Below are positions 38,633-49,426 of a stretch of DNA of 64,000 nt, one piece after another (positions within the stretch are counted from its first letter, which is position 1; the number at the start of each line of letters is the position of its first letter). Origin of the DNA: Octopus sinensis (taxonomy: Eukaryota); assembly GCF_006345805.1 (NCBI RefSeq), contig NC_042999.1, positions 12,152,001 through 12,216,000 of the forward strand. Reading direction: 5' to 3'. The position numbers and the translations under genes were made by a program. Under the pieces are notes generated by a model that saw nothing but the letters and a program-made list of their open reading frames with translations, did not search any database and was not told where the DNA came from.

Positions 38633-39055
38633 GTGAGTAGAAGGCTGTGTTCCTAATAATTTTTTACTTTAAAATGTGATATTTTCCTTTCTAAGGATAA
38701 TATCCCCCAATACCTTTTGTTACAATGACTTGATTCAAGTCAAATTACTGAAAATTAAAAGGCCGAGTCCATTAAATCACGGGTTTTCGGGTTGCGTTTC
38801 TGAAAACTCTTGCCGTAATGTGGATTTTCGTTATGCGAAACGCATTTTCCATTGACTTTCATATTTGGAGGCAGGTGGGTTTCACATTAGCGGCATTTTC
38901 AGGAGAGCGGTGTTTGTATCCGTAATGCGGGGGATGAATGGGGAGGGATTTATTTCGTTTTAGTAATGTATTTTTTTTTTTGGAAACATCCAATTGTAAT
39001 TTTTGATATCCTGCGAGAATTAGTTTTTCTAATTTTATCTACTTGGATATTTTAG

Positions 39056-39121
39056 GACAAAGAATGGTAATTGTCCGATGTGAAGGTATCAATATTTCAG
39101 GCCATTTCCACAGAAATAAAA
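39056..39121 (+). CDS. RPL13A: RPL13A exon 3
   Basis: ttttag|[22 protein letters not shown]|gtaagt, 66 nt. Confidence 0.97.
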
Positions 39122-40048
39122 GTAAGTATTTTATTAATTTCGTACAATTAATTATGCATTTTATTTACTAACGTTGTTCCAGGATACGTCCTCACTGATA
39201 TTTCTTGTGGGATTTCGAGTCATTCAATATCGAACCCCCGTTCCTCGCCCATTGACCCAGCCATAACAAGAATTGCCACGACTCTGGCACTATGGAAACT
39301 TCGCAAATACCATTTTGTTTCTGTTCTTCATCCTTATTCAGTCGATCATTAATGAAGAGGGTTGTATTTGCCACAGAAGTCTAAGACCTTGTGGTTTAAT
39401 GGTCCGTTATTTACTTGATGCTAGGATGTGAAATATCTTTTGTCATCTCTATAAATTTCAAGATAGTTTTTAGGTTTTGCTGTTGGTTTCATCTTACATA
39501 AATTCCAACAAAATGAGCCCCCTCCCCAATGACACGGGCGTCTCCTCTCTTTACCACATATGAATGACTGGTCACCTAATTATTTTTTATCCAGACAGAT
39601 AATGTATTTGTTGAAATAGATTTTTTTCCCCTGTTATGATCTTCTGTAATAGGAGTTGATGTAGATTCGGAATGATTGATAGCTCTAGCCACGTTTTACT
39701 GAGTGAGTAAAAGAGATATTGAGAGCTCACATACTAAGCTTGATGGCAGGCAATGAGTAAAGGAACAGTGTATGCAGAAAGAATCAAGACAGGAGGATGA
39801 GGGAGTAAATGAGTAGTTATGAGAAATTTATTTTAAGATGATGGTTTTCTTTTGAAAACCGGTATTTCATTTTGTAAAAGTTGAATTATAATTGTATGTT
39901 GTGGTTTTAAGAGTATAATTCCAAAGTTACCCTTATGACAGATAACACTAATGAAATACATGTTGTACCCCCCCCCCCCACGTTAATAATACAAGTTTGT
40001 TAAAAGCTTGCCCTCAAGTAATTTCATTGTCACTTTTTTTTTTTTCAG

Positions 40049-40150
40049 TGAAGTATTTAGATTACCTTCGAAAAAGATGTAATGTGAATCCCAGAAGAGG
40101 ACCCTTCCATTTCAGGGCCCCCAGCAAAATTTTCTTTAGGACAGTCAGAG
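40049..40150 (+). CDS. RPL13A: RPL13A exon 4
   Basis: ttttcag|[35 protein letters not shown]|gtaaga, 102 nt. Confidence 0.97.
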
Positions 40151-40206
40151 GTAAGATTTGTTATGGAATATTCTCAATAAGTTTGGCAAAGTTGTTCTGG
40201 CCTGCT

Positions 40207-40277
40207 GTCTGTGATGACCGTACACCGAATTGAATGCAATCAATGAAAGTTCCAATTCATGCACTTCCACCTGAGAC
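40207..40277 (+). ncRNA. SNORD33: Box C/D snoRNA, SNORD33/U33-like copy A (variant guide)
   Basis: gtc-t-GTGATGA (40211)...catgcacttccac-CTGA (40271)-gac, with an outer ggcct/aggcc stem. The D-box guide resembles U33 (catgcactaccat-ctga) and the snoRNA sits in RPL13A intron 4, the vertebrate U33 host intron. Confidence 0.8.
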
Positions 40278-41847
40278 TATAAAGGCCATTGTTCTATTCT
40301 TGTTTTCTGCTCAACTGCTATTTGGTGTAAATGCTACAAAGAAGAGTATCCAAAGTTAATCAAATGTTCTATGATTGTGTAAATGCCTCCATGCAATTCA
40401 GATAGTTTTCGTATGTTTCAAACAAAACTTTTCCCTGTTGGACAGTTACGAGACATTTCCTTCAGTCTGTTGGAAATAGACCCTATTTCTCTCTGCTATT
40501 TAAATAAGGATGATGTGATATCTTAGATAACCTCTAGAACCAAGTGTGGTCTCAGGCAGGTGATATGTGAAGGGGTTAGCAGTGATTAGCGTGTCTGAGC
40601 TGGAAGCTTTAGAAATAGGGATATGCTTTGCAAGAATTATTAAATATCCCAAAGAATTTCATGATCTGCTTTGTACACCAGTCCTTTTCCAGCAGAGCAT
40701 AAGGTTTTTTTTTCATACTTTATATTGCATTCCATAACAGAACAAAATATGTTCTGTTCCCAATTTTACCTGTGGATTGTACACAAAGGGTTGCATAATT
40801 AACTAATGGATTCTAGCCACTTTGATGATTCTATATCGATATGGATGTAGTTTTATAACCATCTGTTAAATAAACAAAATTCCAAACGTCTGGAAATTTC
40901 AGATTACTTCTATATTCAGTTGAAACATTAACCATTGTTAGAAGCTTCAGTATTTGATGATAATTAGGTAGCACAATTCATTGTCGTCACTTTAGCATCC
41001 ATTTTCCCATGCTCCTCACATGTATTGAACAGAATTTATTGAGGCAAATTTTCTACAACTGGGTATCCTTACTGTTGCCAAGTATGGCATTATTTACCTG
41101 TGGCAATTTAACACATAATGATGAAAAGGCAAGGAAACAGTGGCATGCACACACACACCCACACCGTCTGGTTGGCTTCTTTGTTTCCATCTACCAAATC
41201 CACTCAGAAAGTTTTGATTATTCAGACACTTTGGTAGAGGACATCTGTCCAGGGTGCCATGCATTGGGACTGAACCTGGAGTCATGCTATTTGGAAGCAA
41301 ACTTCTTACCATGCAGCCATACTAATTCTCATGAAATTTCACCAGTCAGTACTGACACTATTTTTAATCAGGTTGACCATGACAGGATTTGTGCTCCAAA
41401 CCTAGTTGAAATAGTGTTTTCTGTCAAACACTCTAATGCAGCGTTTCTCAACTGAGGTTCCCTGGAACCCTAGGGTTCTGCAGAACACTGCTCTAATGGC
41501 TTTATGAATTAACCACCTTAAACTCTGCTGATCAAGCATCAATTAATGTTCGTTTCCCAAGCTGACAGGATTTGGTTCCACTGTCAGCTTTGGCGTGGTT
41601 TTCATGGCTGACACATGTTACAGTCTGTTCCACCAGAACTGGTGAGTTTGCCAAGTGGGGTGGCTGGGAAAGCCTCCATCGACTATGTAAGGGGTAGTAT
41701 TTGTGGAGCGAGGGACCTCTAAATGCTAAAGTTCATTTGCCATGTTCTGAATGGCTTTAACATTTTCTTTTTCTTTTGGCAATGCCCTGCTGATTGCTCT
41801 CTTACACTGGCTTCTTTTGTGAAGTAATGCTTTTTTCGGCCCCTTAT

Positions 41848-41913
41848 GTCTATGATGATTTTTCACTGTCATGAAAGTAATGATTATTACACACATGCAC
41901 TACCAACTGAGAC
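41848..41913 (+). ncRNA. SNORD33: Box C/D snoRNA, SNORD33/U33-like copy B (canonical guide)
   Basis: gtc-t-ATGATGA (41852)...ATGA(D')...aatgatt(C')...catgcactaccaa-CTGA (41907)-gac. The guide pairs with conserved 18S GUGGUGGUGCAUG, with the +5 A opposite the U methylated by U33/snR55. Confidence 0.88.
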
Positions 41914-42697
41914 TGGCTGAAATACATTTTACAAATGCCAAAGATGTTTGAGACCAGCTTTGTGTTGCTGCTACATTTATTTCTTTTGACTGTTTTTGTT
42001 AGTCATTGGTTTATCATTATAGTTTGTCTGTTTTTCCATGCTGGCATGGGTTGGATGGTTTGACTGAGGTCTGGAGAGCCAGTGGCTGTACCAGGCTCCA
42101 TTCTGATCTGGCAGTATTTCTACAGCTGGATGTCCTTTCTAATGCCAACTACTCCAAAAGTCTAGTGGGTGCTTTTTATGTGCCACTGGAATGGGAGCCA
42201 GCCAGTCAGGTGGGCCTGGCATTGATTATGTTTCGATAGTGCTTATTATGTGCCACTGGCATGGGAGCCAGTCAGGCGGATCTGGCGTCAACTACATTCG
42301 GATGGTTCTTTTCACATGCAGCTGTCATGGATTGATTTTAGCTAGAAAGTGATAAAACAGGCACTGAGAGAATGAGTTGCTCTTAGCTTTTACATTTCTT
42401 CCATTATATAACCTTTCACTATATTGAAATAGGCTGCTTTCATTTCAATTAATTTTGAAAATCATAAAGAAATTAGTAATATAGCTTTGTCATTAAACTG
42501 AAATTTGGATGGCATTTTACTTTAAACAGTTTATATAAGAACTAAGAGGCTGTCTCAAGCAGATTAGCAAACAACAAATAGAAGTAGTGTGGCTTTATGA
42601 TTGAGTAATGTGTCTGTGTGTGCTGCAGTTTGGTGCGCTGTTATCTAGAGGGATAGAGTATAAGTTCTCTGTAATTATCAAGGTGTTTTGGCCTGTT

Positions 42698-42767
42698 GTC
42701 TATGATGATCATTCACCAAAATGAAGTATTTAATGATTGTACACAGACATGCACTTCCACCTGAGAC
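42698..42767 (+). ncRNA. SNORD33: Box C/D snoRNA, SNORD33/U33-like copy C (variant guide)
   Basis: gtc-t-ATGATGA (42702)...catgcacttccac-CTGA (42761)-gac, with an outer ggcctg/caggcc stem. Confidence 0.83.
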
Positions 42768-43709
42768 TCAGGCCTAAAACCTTTTTTTTTTTTTTTTTTA
42801 GTCTTTGTTACAATATATAAATTTTGTGATTTATTTAGTATAGTTGTAAAAGTGTGAGAGCAGTTTTGTTTCTCCTTAAAAAGTGGGTATATTTGTTCAG
42901 CTGGTTGTGTTGAGGAAAGGAGTGTATTACTCAGGTTTTAAAATCTGTTTCTGTGATGTAATACAATAAACTCTTTTGAGACCCTCCCTGGTTCTATAAG
43001 CTGTTGGATTTAAGGTGATATAAAAGTTGTAAAACATCAGGGTTTCATGTTTATCTTCTGAAAACTAAGAGACAAAAGTTATTTTACTACATTCTTCATT
43101 TTCAAAATTAAATAAGCAGAACTGTATTTTGATGGAAATATGGTAAGAAAAGAGTGAATATTGTGGAGTATTTCTGCTACCATCTTGTCTTTTTATCCAT
43201 TTGGGCAGTATGGCTTGAGACAGATTTATTTGCTATGTCTGTCAAGACAATCAAGTGTTGCGGCTCTCATTTCTTGGAGAAAATAAACAAATTTGATGCC
43301 TGGATGAGATTGGATGATAATGTTTCTCCACTTGACTGTTGAGAGGAAATTGGCGAGGGGCTGCACAACAACTCTGAGGTACCAGGGCCATTATAGTAGA
43401 GACAGTCCAGGGGGACTTTCTCTTGCTGGATGTATGCAGCAGCACCATCTTAGATGAGAACAATTCGTAATTGTGGACTTCACCTGACCTTTATGGTGTC
43501 ACCAATTGTTGAGGGTTGGAGTATTTTATGGCCCTTATCTTCAGGACCAATCTTAGATATTTTAAGGATGTGCTTTTCCAATTAGAGATACTTTGTGTGT
43601 GATCTGCAGTTCCCCACTCTGTAAATTTATGGGGAAAAACGTGAACAATGTTACTGCACTTTTCAGTTATGGAATGTATTATCAGAATTAAAAAAAAAAA
43701 AAGCTTGGC

Positions 43710-43895
43710 ATTGCCCGGTCCTCGTGCCGGTGGCATGTAAAAGCACCCACTACACTCTTGGAGTGGTTGGCGTTAGGAAGGGCATCCAGCTGTAGAAACT
43801 CTGCCTGGTGCAGCCATTTGGCTCGCCAGTCCTCAGTCAAACTGTCCAACCCATGCCAGCATGGAAAACGGACGTCAAACGATAATGATGATGAT
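43710..43895 (+). mobile_element. RTE-tailed retroposon copy in RPL13A intron 4
   Basis: ttggcgttaggaagggcatccagctgtagaaac...ccaacccatgccagcatggaaaacggacgtcaaacgataatgatgatga. Further partial copies near 303-470, 3295-3570, 19370-19520, 28660-28735, 34170-34352, 42030-42330, 47800-47905 and 55865-56040. Confidence 0.8.
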
Positions 43896-44042
43896 TATGA
43901 GATCTGCCTGAGCAAAAATTAAAATTTGCAAAAGAATGTCTAATGCCGTTTGGAGTGTTGATAAATAAGAGTGATGAGATGTGGTGAAATTTGTTTTATA
44001 TATTAGTATTGCTTGTATCATTGTACTTTTGTTTCTCTTTAG

Positions 44043-44188
44043 GTATGCTTCCTCATAAAATTAAGCGTGGAAAAGATGCTCTTGGCCGACTGAAGGCATT
44101 TGAGGGAATCCCTCCTCAGTACAACAAAAAGAAGCGAATGATTGTTCCAGCAGCTCTCCGAATTATTCGTTTAAAACCTGGCCGAAAG
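44043..44188 (+). CDS. RPL13A: RPL13A exon 5
   Basis: ctctttag|[49 protein letters not shown]|gtaaat, 146 nt. Confidence 0.97.
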
Positions 44189-45083
44189 GTAAATATAGAA
44201 TGTTTTGTTGTTGGTCAGATCAGCCTCTTGCAGTTTCTCCTGTGCATTCAACACTGTCATCACTCGAGTTAGAACCGACGACCTTTTGGACACAAAGCAA
44301 ATCTTTAGAATTATAGCAAACGACTGACTCGGCTTCCTTCTCTGGTATGGTATTGAGTACTCTGGCTTTTGGCAGTCAATGCTACACACTCTTTTCGGTC
44401 ATTTAACTGTGGCCATGCTGGAATACTGCCTTTAGCCTAACAAATCAACCCCAGGACTTATTCTTTGTAAGCCTAGTACTTATTCTGCCAGTCTCTTTTG
44501 TTGGACTGCTAAGTTACATCAGTTTTCAGGTGATGGTGGCACAACAAACACAGAAGCACAAATACATATATGTATGTAATTATGTGCATACATATGATAT
44601 GCTTCTTTCAGTTTCCATCTACCAAATCCACTCACAGGCCTTTGGTTGGCCTGGGGCTGAGTCTGGGACCGTGTGGTTGGGAAGCAAACTTTGTGCGTGG
44701 TTTAAAATACAGAAATTGTTGACTTGGATTCATTAAGTTTTGTTTAATTCTGTTTGAAACGAAAGAGACTTACGGATGTATATTTGTGATTTCCTCTATG
44801 GAAATAAAATATATTTTCTGAAAAGCCCTGCTTTTAATGTAGCATTACTTTAACCCTTTTGTTACAAAACTTCTACGGAAGTACAAGGATTTTGAAGATG
44901 ATAATGAATTTATTAACATAATTTATCATGCTGGGACCATAAGATAGTGTAAAATTTTGATGGTGGGGTTTTTGGTGATTTTAAAATGGAAATTTCTATA
45001 TTATAGAACCTGAAGGCAATTTCAGAAGGGTTAATTGCTTTTCCACAATTGATCCACTCTTATGAACTCAGTATATCAGCTGT

Positions 45084-45149
45084 GTTAATGATGACTTTAA
45101 TTACCTACATTGCTTGATTCTTCTATGAGAATTAACAAAATCTGACAAC
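45084..45149 (+). ncRNA. SNORD34: Box C/D snoRNA, SNORD34/U34-like copy A
   Basis: gtt-a-ATGATGA (45088), D' guide ttacctacattg-c-TTGA complementary to conserved 28S CAAUGUAGGUAA (U34/snR62 site), CTGA at 45142, then caac. Outer tcagctg/cagctga stem. Confidence 0.88.
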
Positions 45150-45946
45150 TCAGCTGATTTACAAGTGTTCTTATGACTTCATCACTTTTTCTGTGTTGGT
45201 ATTTCCATTTACTCTCGGTCTCGGTCATTGCCAGGACTCTTGATATGGGCAATGTCTTAGTTTCAAAGAGTATTTATCAGTGTCCACTGATTACATGTTT
45301 TCAGCTTATGGTCTCAATATACAGTTTGTATAAACTTCACATTGCTTTTTCAAATTTATTTTGAACCCTTTTAATACTAGCCTGTCTGAATTCCCGTGTA
45401 TAGAACACAAATTTGCAAACATTTTCTGCCAATTCTAAAATAAAAAAGTTGAAGGATTCTATGGGGTGCTTAGACCAGAATTCTCCTCTGTTTGGTTGTG
45501 TCCCTTGTCTTGACATCCTGTGGTAGTTGTGGGCAACTGTTGCTCTCAGATATGCAATGTTGTTTGCCTGGAAAATGGTTGGCCCTGCTTTAGAACCATT
45601 AAGAGCTTATGAAAAGAAGGGCATTTGGTTGTAGATCTACCATAACAAATTCTGTCTAACCCATGCGACCATGGGAATGTGGATATTTCTTCGTAGCAGC
45701 ATTACCATCGTCTTCATTTCATGTTCAAGTCGCTGAACTGAAATAATTTCATCTTTCTTTCTAATTACATTTTGTAATGACAATAATTTCATCTTATTAA
45801 TAAGATCGATGAGAGCAAGTTAACGACGAAGTACTGAGTTACCTCTCCTACCATTTCATTTGCTGCTGGTTTTCTCTATTTAGATACAGCACATTGCATA
45901 TTTCAGTTAGTAAATCTCACTAGTTTGGTCTCAATATATCAGCTGT

Positions 45947-46013
45947 GTTAATGATGACTTTAATTACCTACATTGCTTGATTCTTCTATGAGAATTAATC
46001 AGAATCTGATAAC
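45947..46013 (+). ncRNA. SNORD34: Box C/D snoRNA, SNORD34/U34-like copy B
   Basis: Near-identical to copy A: ATGATGA at 45951, guide 45964-45975, TTGA, CTGA at 46006. Confidence 0.88.
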
Positions 46014-46681
46014 TCGGCTGATTTATAAGAGCTCTGTATTGGCAGGTCTTTTTTACTCTGAAACAGTTTAATCTCAACTTTTTGACTGACCTTTCAATTG
46101 GTCTCCTGTTTGAAGGTCTCTAATTATTTGGCATAAGTCCTTCTGAATTTAACTTGTGACAATGCAATAATTAGGATGTCTCATGAGGATTTAAAATGTG
46201 TGAGTGAATGAGTACAAAACATGGTTAATATCAGCCAGAAGTTATAAATTGTGATGATTATTCTCATGTTAAAACGTAATTTCTTGGTTTTCTTTGTTAA
46301 AATTATTAACAGCCACTAAACATCTCAGTTTAATGACAAGTTTTGATGCTTTTACCAAGTACAAAGAGAATCTTAAATTGGTTTTTTAACCCATTTGTTA
46401 CCATATTTCTGTTGGGATACATTGTCTTTGTTTCAGTTACATTTGAAAAAGAATATTGTAAAACTTGCAACGTAAATGAACAGATTTTTTTAGCACGAAG
46501 TTTGTACCTCAGATTTAATTTGTAAATGTGCTCCTTGGGGATAACTTTCCAAGAAGTTCTTTACTATATAATATTTAAGTATCGCTCTATAAAAATAGTT
46601 TCTTGGGAGCAGAAAGGCATTTGGCTGTTAAAAATCTACTTTGTTGTATAAATGATTGCCCTTTCTGGTGGAGTTAGCTGT

Positions 46682-46750
46682 GTCGATGATGATTATAACA
46701 TTTACCTACATTGTTTGACGATTGATGTAAAGAAACCAAACACTGATGAC
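46682..46750 (+). ncRNA. SNORD34: Box C/D snoRNA, SNORD34/U34-like copy C (more diverged)
   Basis: gtc-g-ATGATGA (46686), ttacctacattgt-TTGA (46702-46718), CTGA at 46743, then tgac. Only the boxes, the D' guide and the outer agctg/cagct stem are shared with copies A and B. Confidence 0.88.
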
Positions 46751-46914
46751 TCAGCTGATTCTGTCCTTGTTGCAGTTTCCTCCCTTGCCATCCTATTGTT
46801 GCTGTTTACTGCAACTGTCCAAATGTGAACCAATGTCACATCTTGGTTGCTTTCGTTTATTTATTTTTACAAGGAATTTATTAAATCTGACATTTTGAAA
46901 ATTCTATTTCACAG

Positions 46915-47037
46915 TACTGCGATTTGAATCGATTGGCTCATGAAGTTGGCTGGAAATACCAACCTGTCATTGCCAGTTTAGAAGCTAAAAGAAAGGCGAA
47001 ATCTAGTATCTTTGTTGGAAAAGCAAGATCTGATGCA
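46915..47037 (+). CDS. RPL13A: RPL13A exon 6
   Basis: tttcacag|YCDLNRLAHEVGWKYQPVIASLEAKRKAKSSIFVGKARSDA|gtaagt, 123 nt. Confidence 0.97.
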
Positions 47038-47126
47038 GTAAGTTTTTCATTTCTTAATATGTTATTTTGTTCCAAACTTTTTTGTGCTATTGGTATAATA
47101 TTTTCCTTTGTTTTCTTCATTTACAG

Positions 47127-47210
47127 GCCTTGAAAAGAAAAGCTAAAGAGACTGTGAGCAAAAAGATTCGAAGTTATGAGAAAGTAATCAAAGGTTATGG
47201 TTACAGATAG
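47127..47210 (+). CDS. RPL13A: RPL13A exon 7 (last coding exon)
   Basis: ttacag|ALKRKAKETVSKKIRSYEKVIKGYGYR*. The seven exons sum to 612 nt = 203 aa + stop. Confidence 0.95.
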   Translation, partial: ALKRKAKETVSKKIRSYEKVIKGYGYR

Positions 47211-47230
47211 ATTCATTGCTTGGAGAGTGT

Positions 47231-47236
47231 AATAAA
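47231..47236 (+). terminator. Polyadenylation signal of RPL13A
   Basis: AATAAA 20 nt after the stop codon. Confidence 0.7.
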
Positions 47237-48274
47237 GTTATATTGGCTAAGATAAGATTTTGTCTGATGTGTTTCATTATACAACCGAGTGGTCACTTGT
47301 GCATACTTTAGCTCTGCAAACATCGAATAAAATGAATACAAGCTATGTAATTAGCAGAGTCTACAGCATATAAAGAGTGACTGTTATCTTGTGTTTTCAG
47401 TTGGTGAATATCTTTGAACATCCATTTTTCCATGGATCAGACAGTTTATGGGAGACATGCGTAAATAACCTTTTGATCTGCAACACAAACTACAGGCAGC
47501 CAGCCAGCCACCTGCTAGCCTACCAATCAGGTGTCTGCTAGCTAGATCAATTATATTCTCACCAAACAGTGTGATATGTGGTTGCTCCTAAATTCAAAGA
47601 CCCTCCCTGGTGAATGATGTACCCCTCAGCAGAGATTAGTCATTAGCAGTCTTTCATCTCCAAGCCTTTTTTGCAGAATCATTACATGCAAGTACAGCAT
47701 CAACCATCAAACCCCCAGCCCTCCCTCCAACGTATAATTTACTTTAAAAAGAAATACTTTATAAGGGAAAAACGTGAGAAAAAAAAGAAAAATTAATAAT
47801 CTAATTTCTGATGAAGCCTTCTGGCTTCACAGACCCCAGTAGAACCGTCCAACCCATGCTAGCATGGAAAACTGACGCTAAACGATGATGATGATGATGA
47901 TGAAAAACATGTGCCTTCTCGCACATAAACACAGTATTCACACATATACAAACACGCGCAGATGCAATTATTGAAGTACTAAATGGCACGTCAAATGATA
48001 TTTAATCGTGTGGAACATTTTGCATGCATATCAATATTCTAAAGTTGGACATACTATCCCTTATCCGAAAGCTGCTTCAGACAATTAGGAAGGGTTCCCG
48101 ACTCGTTGCACCGTCTGCTTTCAATCTTGGATTGTGATTCGGCTCAGCCCAAACTCTCTCAGTTTTTGTCTGCTGTTGCCTACTCCTACAAGGATTGCAC
48201 CTGTTTTTTGTTCCTGATTTAACCCCGATTTGTCCTAGAGCCCATAGAAGATTGTTTTTAGTCAACCATCCATC

Positions 48275-49426
48275 ATGTCAGCTACCTACGCATCGAATCT
48301 GAGATCTGCAAGTAGGGCTTCTCATCAAGATGATGGTCCTACCAATAGTCAGCTCAACGAACAGTTGCTGTTGCTCAAACAAGAGGTTGAGCACCTAAAG
48401 TCTGTTGTTGCTCTCTTACTGAATAAACAGTCTCCTGTTGACGCAGAGTCACCCTTGATTTCTTCCCTGGAGACGTCCAAACCGAGGCGGCCAAAGAAGG
48501 CGAAGGAACCGGCGGTCGTTTCTGCACATGATCGTTCCTGTGCGGATTCTTCCTCATCTGCCTTTTCAGTCCCGGAGGTTCCCCAACCTAGTTTGAGGGG
48601 CGTAGACTCAAACCCACCTGAAGACTGTTGTTCTCCCCAAAAGAAGAAACGTAGTCAAAACTCCAGAGGGGCAGATTTGGCTATGAAACCTGATCACGAT
48701 AAAATCTGTTTGGATTCTCCTTCACTTGTCCTTCCCATTAATGCCATTGCTCAACCAATTCTGAACGATCTCGATGTGGGTTCATCTGGGGAGTGGTGCT
48801 CCCCCAAACCGAAGAAGAGGCAGTGCAGTTCCAAACCAGGCGGGAAAATTATGACCACTAAATCCATTCCGATCGACCCCACAATCCGACATAAGTCCAA
48901 TGGCTATGAAACCACCCTTTCGAAATCCTCCAATGAAGAATCGAATACCGCAGCTCATAGAGAACTTTTTGCCCACTCAAGATCGGCAATAATATATGGC
49001 AATGCTGAATCCACCTGTGATACAGGCATAAACCGCCTAAAAGATGACATTAATTTTGTTTCCGTTTTGGTTGGAAAATTGTTCTCTGTGAACGAAAATG
49101 TCAGTGTTCTTAAGGTCGCTCGGCTAGGAAGATTCCAAGCGAACCCAACCGCAGATACTAGACCACGCCCAATAAGGGTAATCTTTTCTTCTGATCGGGA
49201 GGCTTCAGTCTTTCTGAACAGAGCTCAGACGCATGCCTGGGAGGACCCCAATATGGGTTTTCGCGAGGAATACTCACTAAGAGAGAGAATTCGCTGGAGG
49301 AACCTGATATCCGAGCTAAAGATGAGGAAACAAATGGGAGAGAAGGGTTTACGAATCCAAGGTGGACAGATAATCAAGTCCTACCTCTGGTCCCATGCTG
49401 TAGTGCTGACAGGGAAAGTGATGTGA
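48275..49426 (+). CDS. LINE ORF1 protein, 383 aa, intact
   Basis: N-terminal coiled-coil (QLNEQLLLLKQEVEHLKSVV), low-complexity linker, C-terminal CR1-ORF1-like block (AIIYGNAES...VARLGRF...RPRPIRVIF...ELKMRKQMGEKGLRI). Confidence 0.85.
   Translation: MSATYASNLRSASRASHQDDGPTNSQLNEQLLLLKQEVEHLKSVVALLLNKQSPVDAESPLISSLETSKPRRPKKAKEPAVVSAHDRSCADSSSSAFSVPEVPQPSLRGVDSNPPEDCCSPQKKKRSQNSRGADLAMKPDHDKICLDSPSLVLPINAIAQPILNDLDVGSSGEWCSPKPKKRQCSSKPGGKIMTTKSIPIDPTIRHKSNGYETTLSKSSNEESNTAAHRELFAHSRSAIIYGNAESTCDTGINRLKDDINFVSVLVGKLFSVNENVSVLKVARLGRFQANPTADTRPRPIRVIFSSDREASVFLNRAQTHAWEDPNMGFREEYSLRERIRWRNLISELKMRKQMGEKGLRIQGGQIIKSYLWSHAVVLTGKVM

Noticed and set aside
38633-39055. Expected U32A orthologue in RPL13A intron 2 (and U35 in intron 5)
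   Set aside because: No C/D box pair with a ccatgcacc or tctcacga guide found by eye. Needs a covariance-model search to exclude.
39670-39712. tagctctag...ctga in RPL13A intron 3 as a U44/U45-like snoRNA
   Set aside because: The 9-nt 18S complement is about 10 nt away from the CTGA, and there is no canonical C box or terminal stem.
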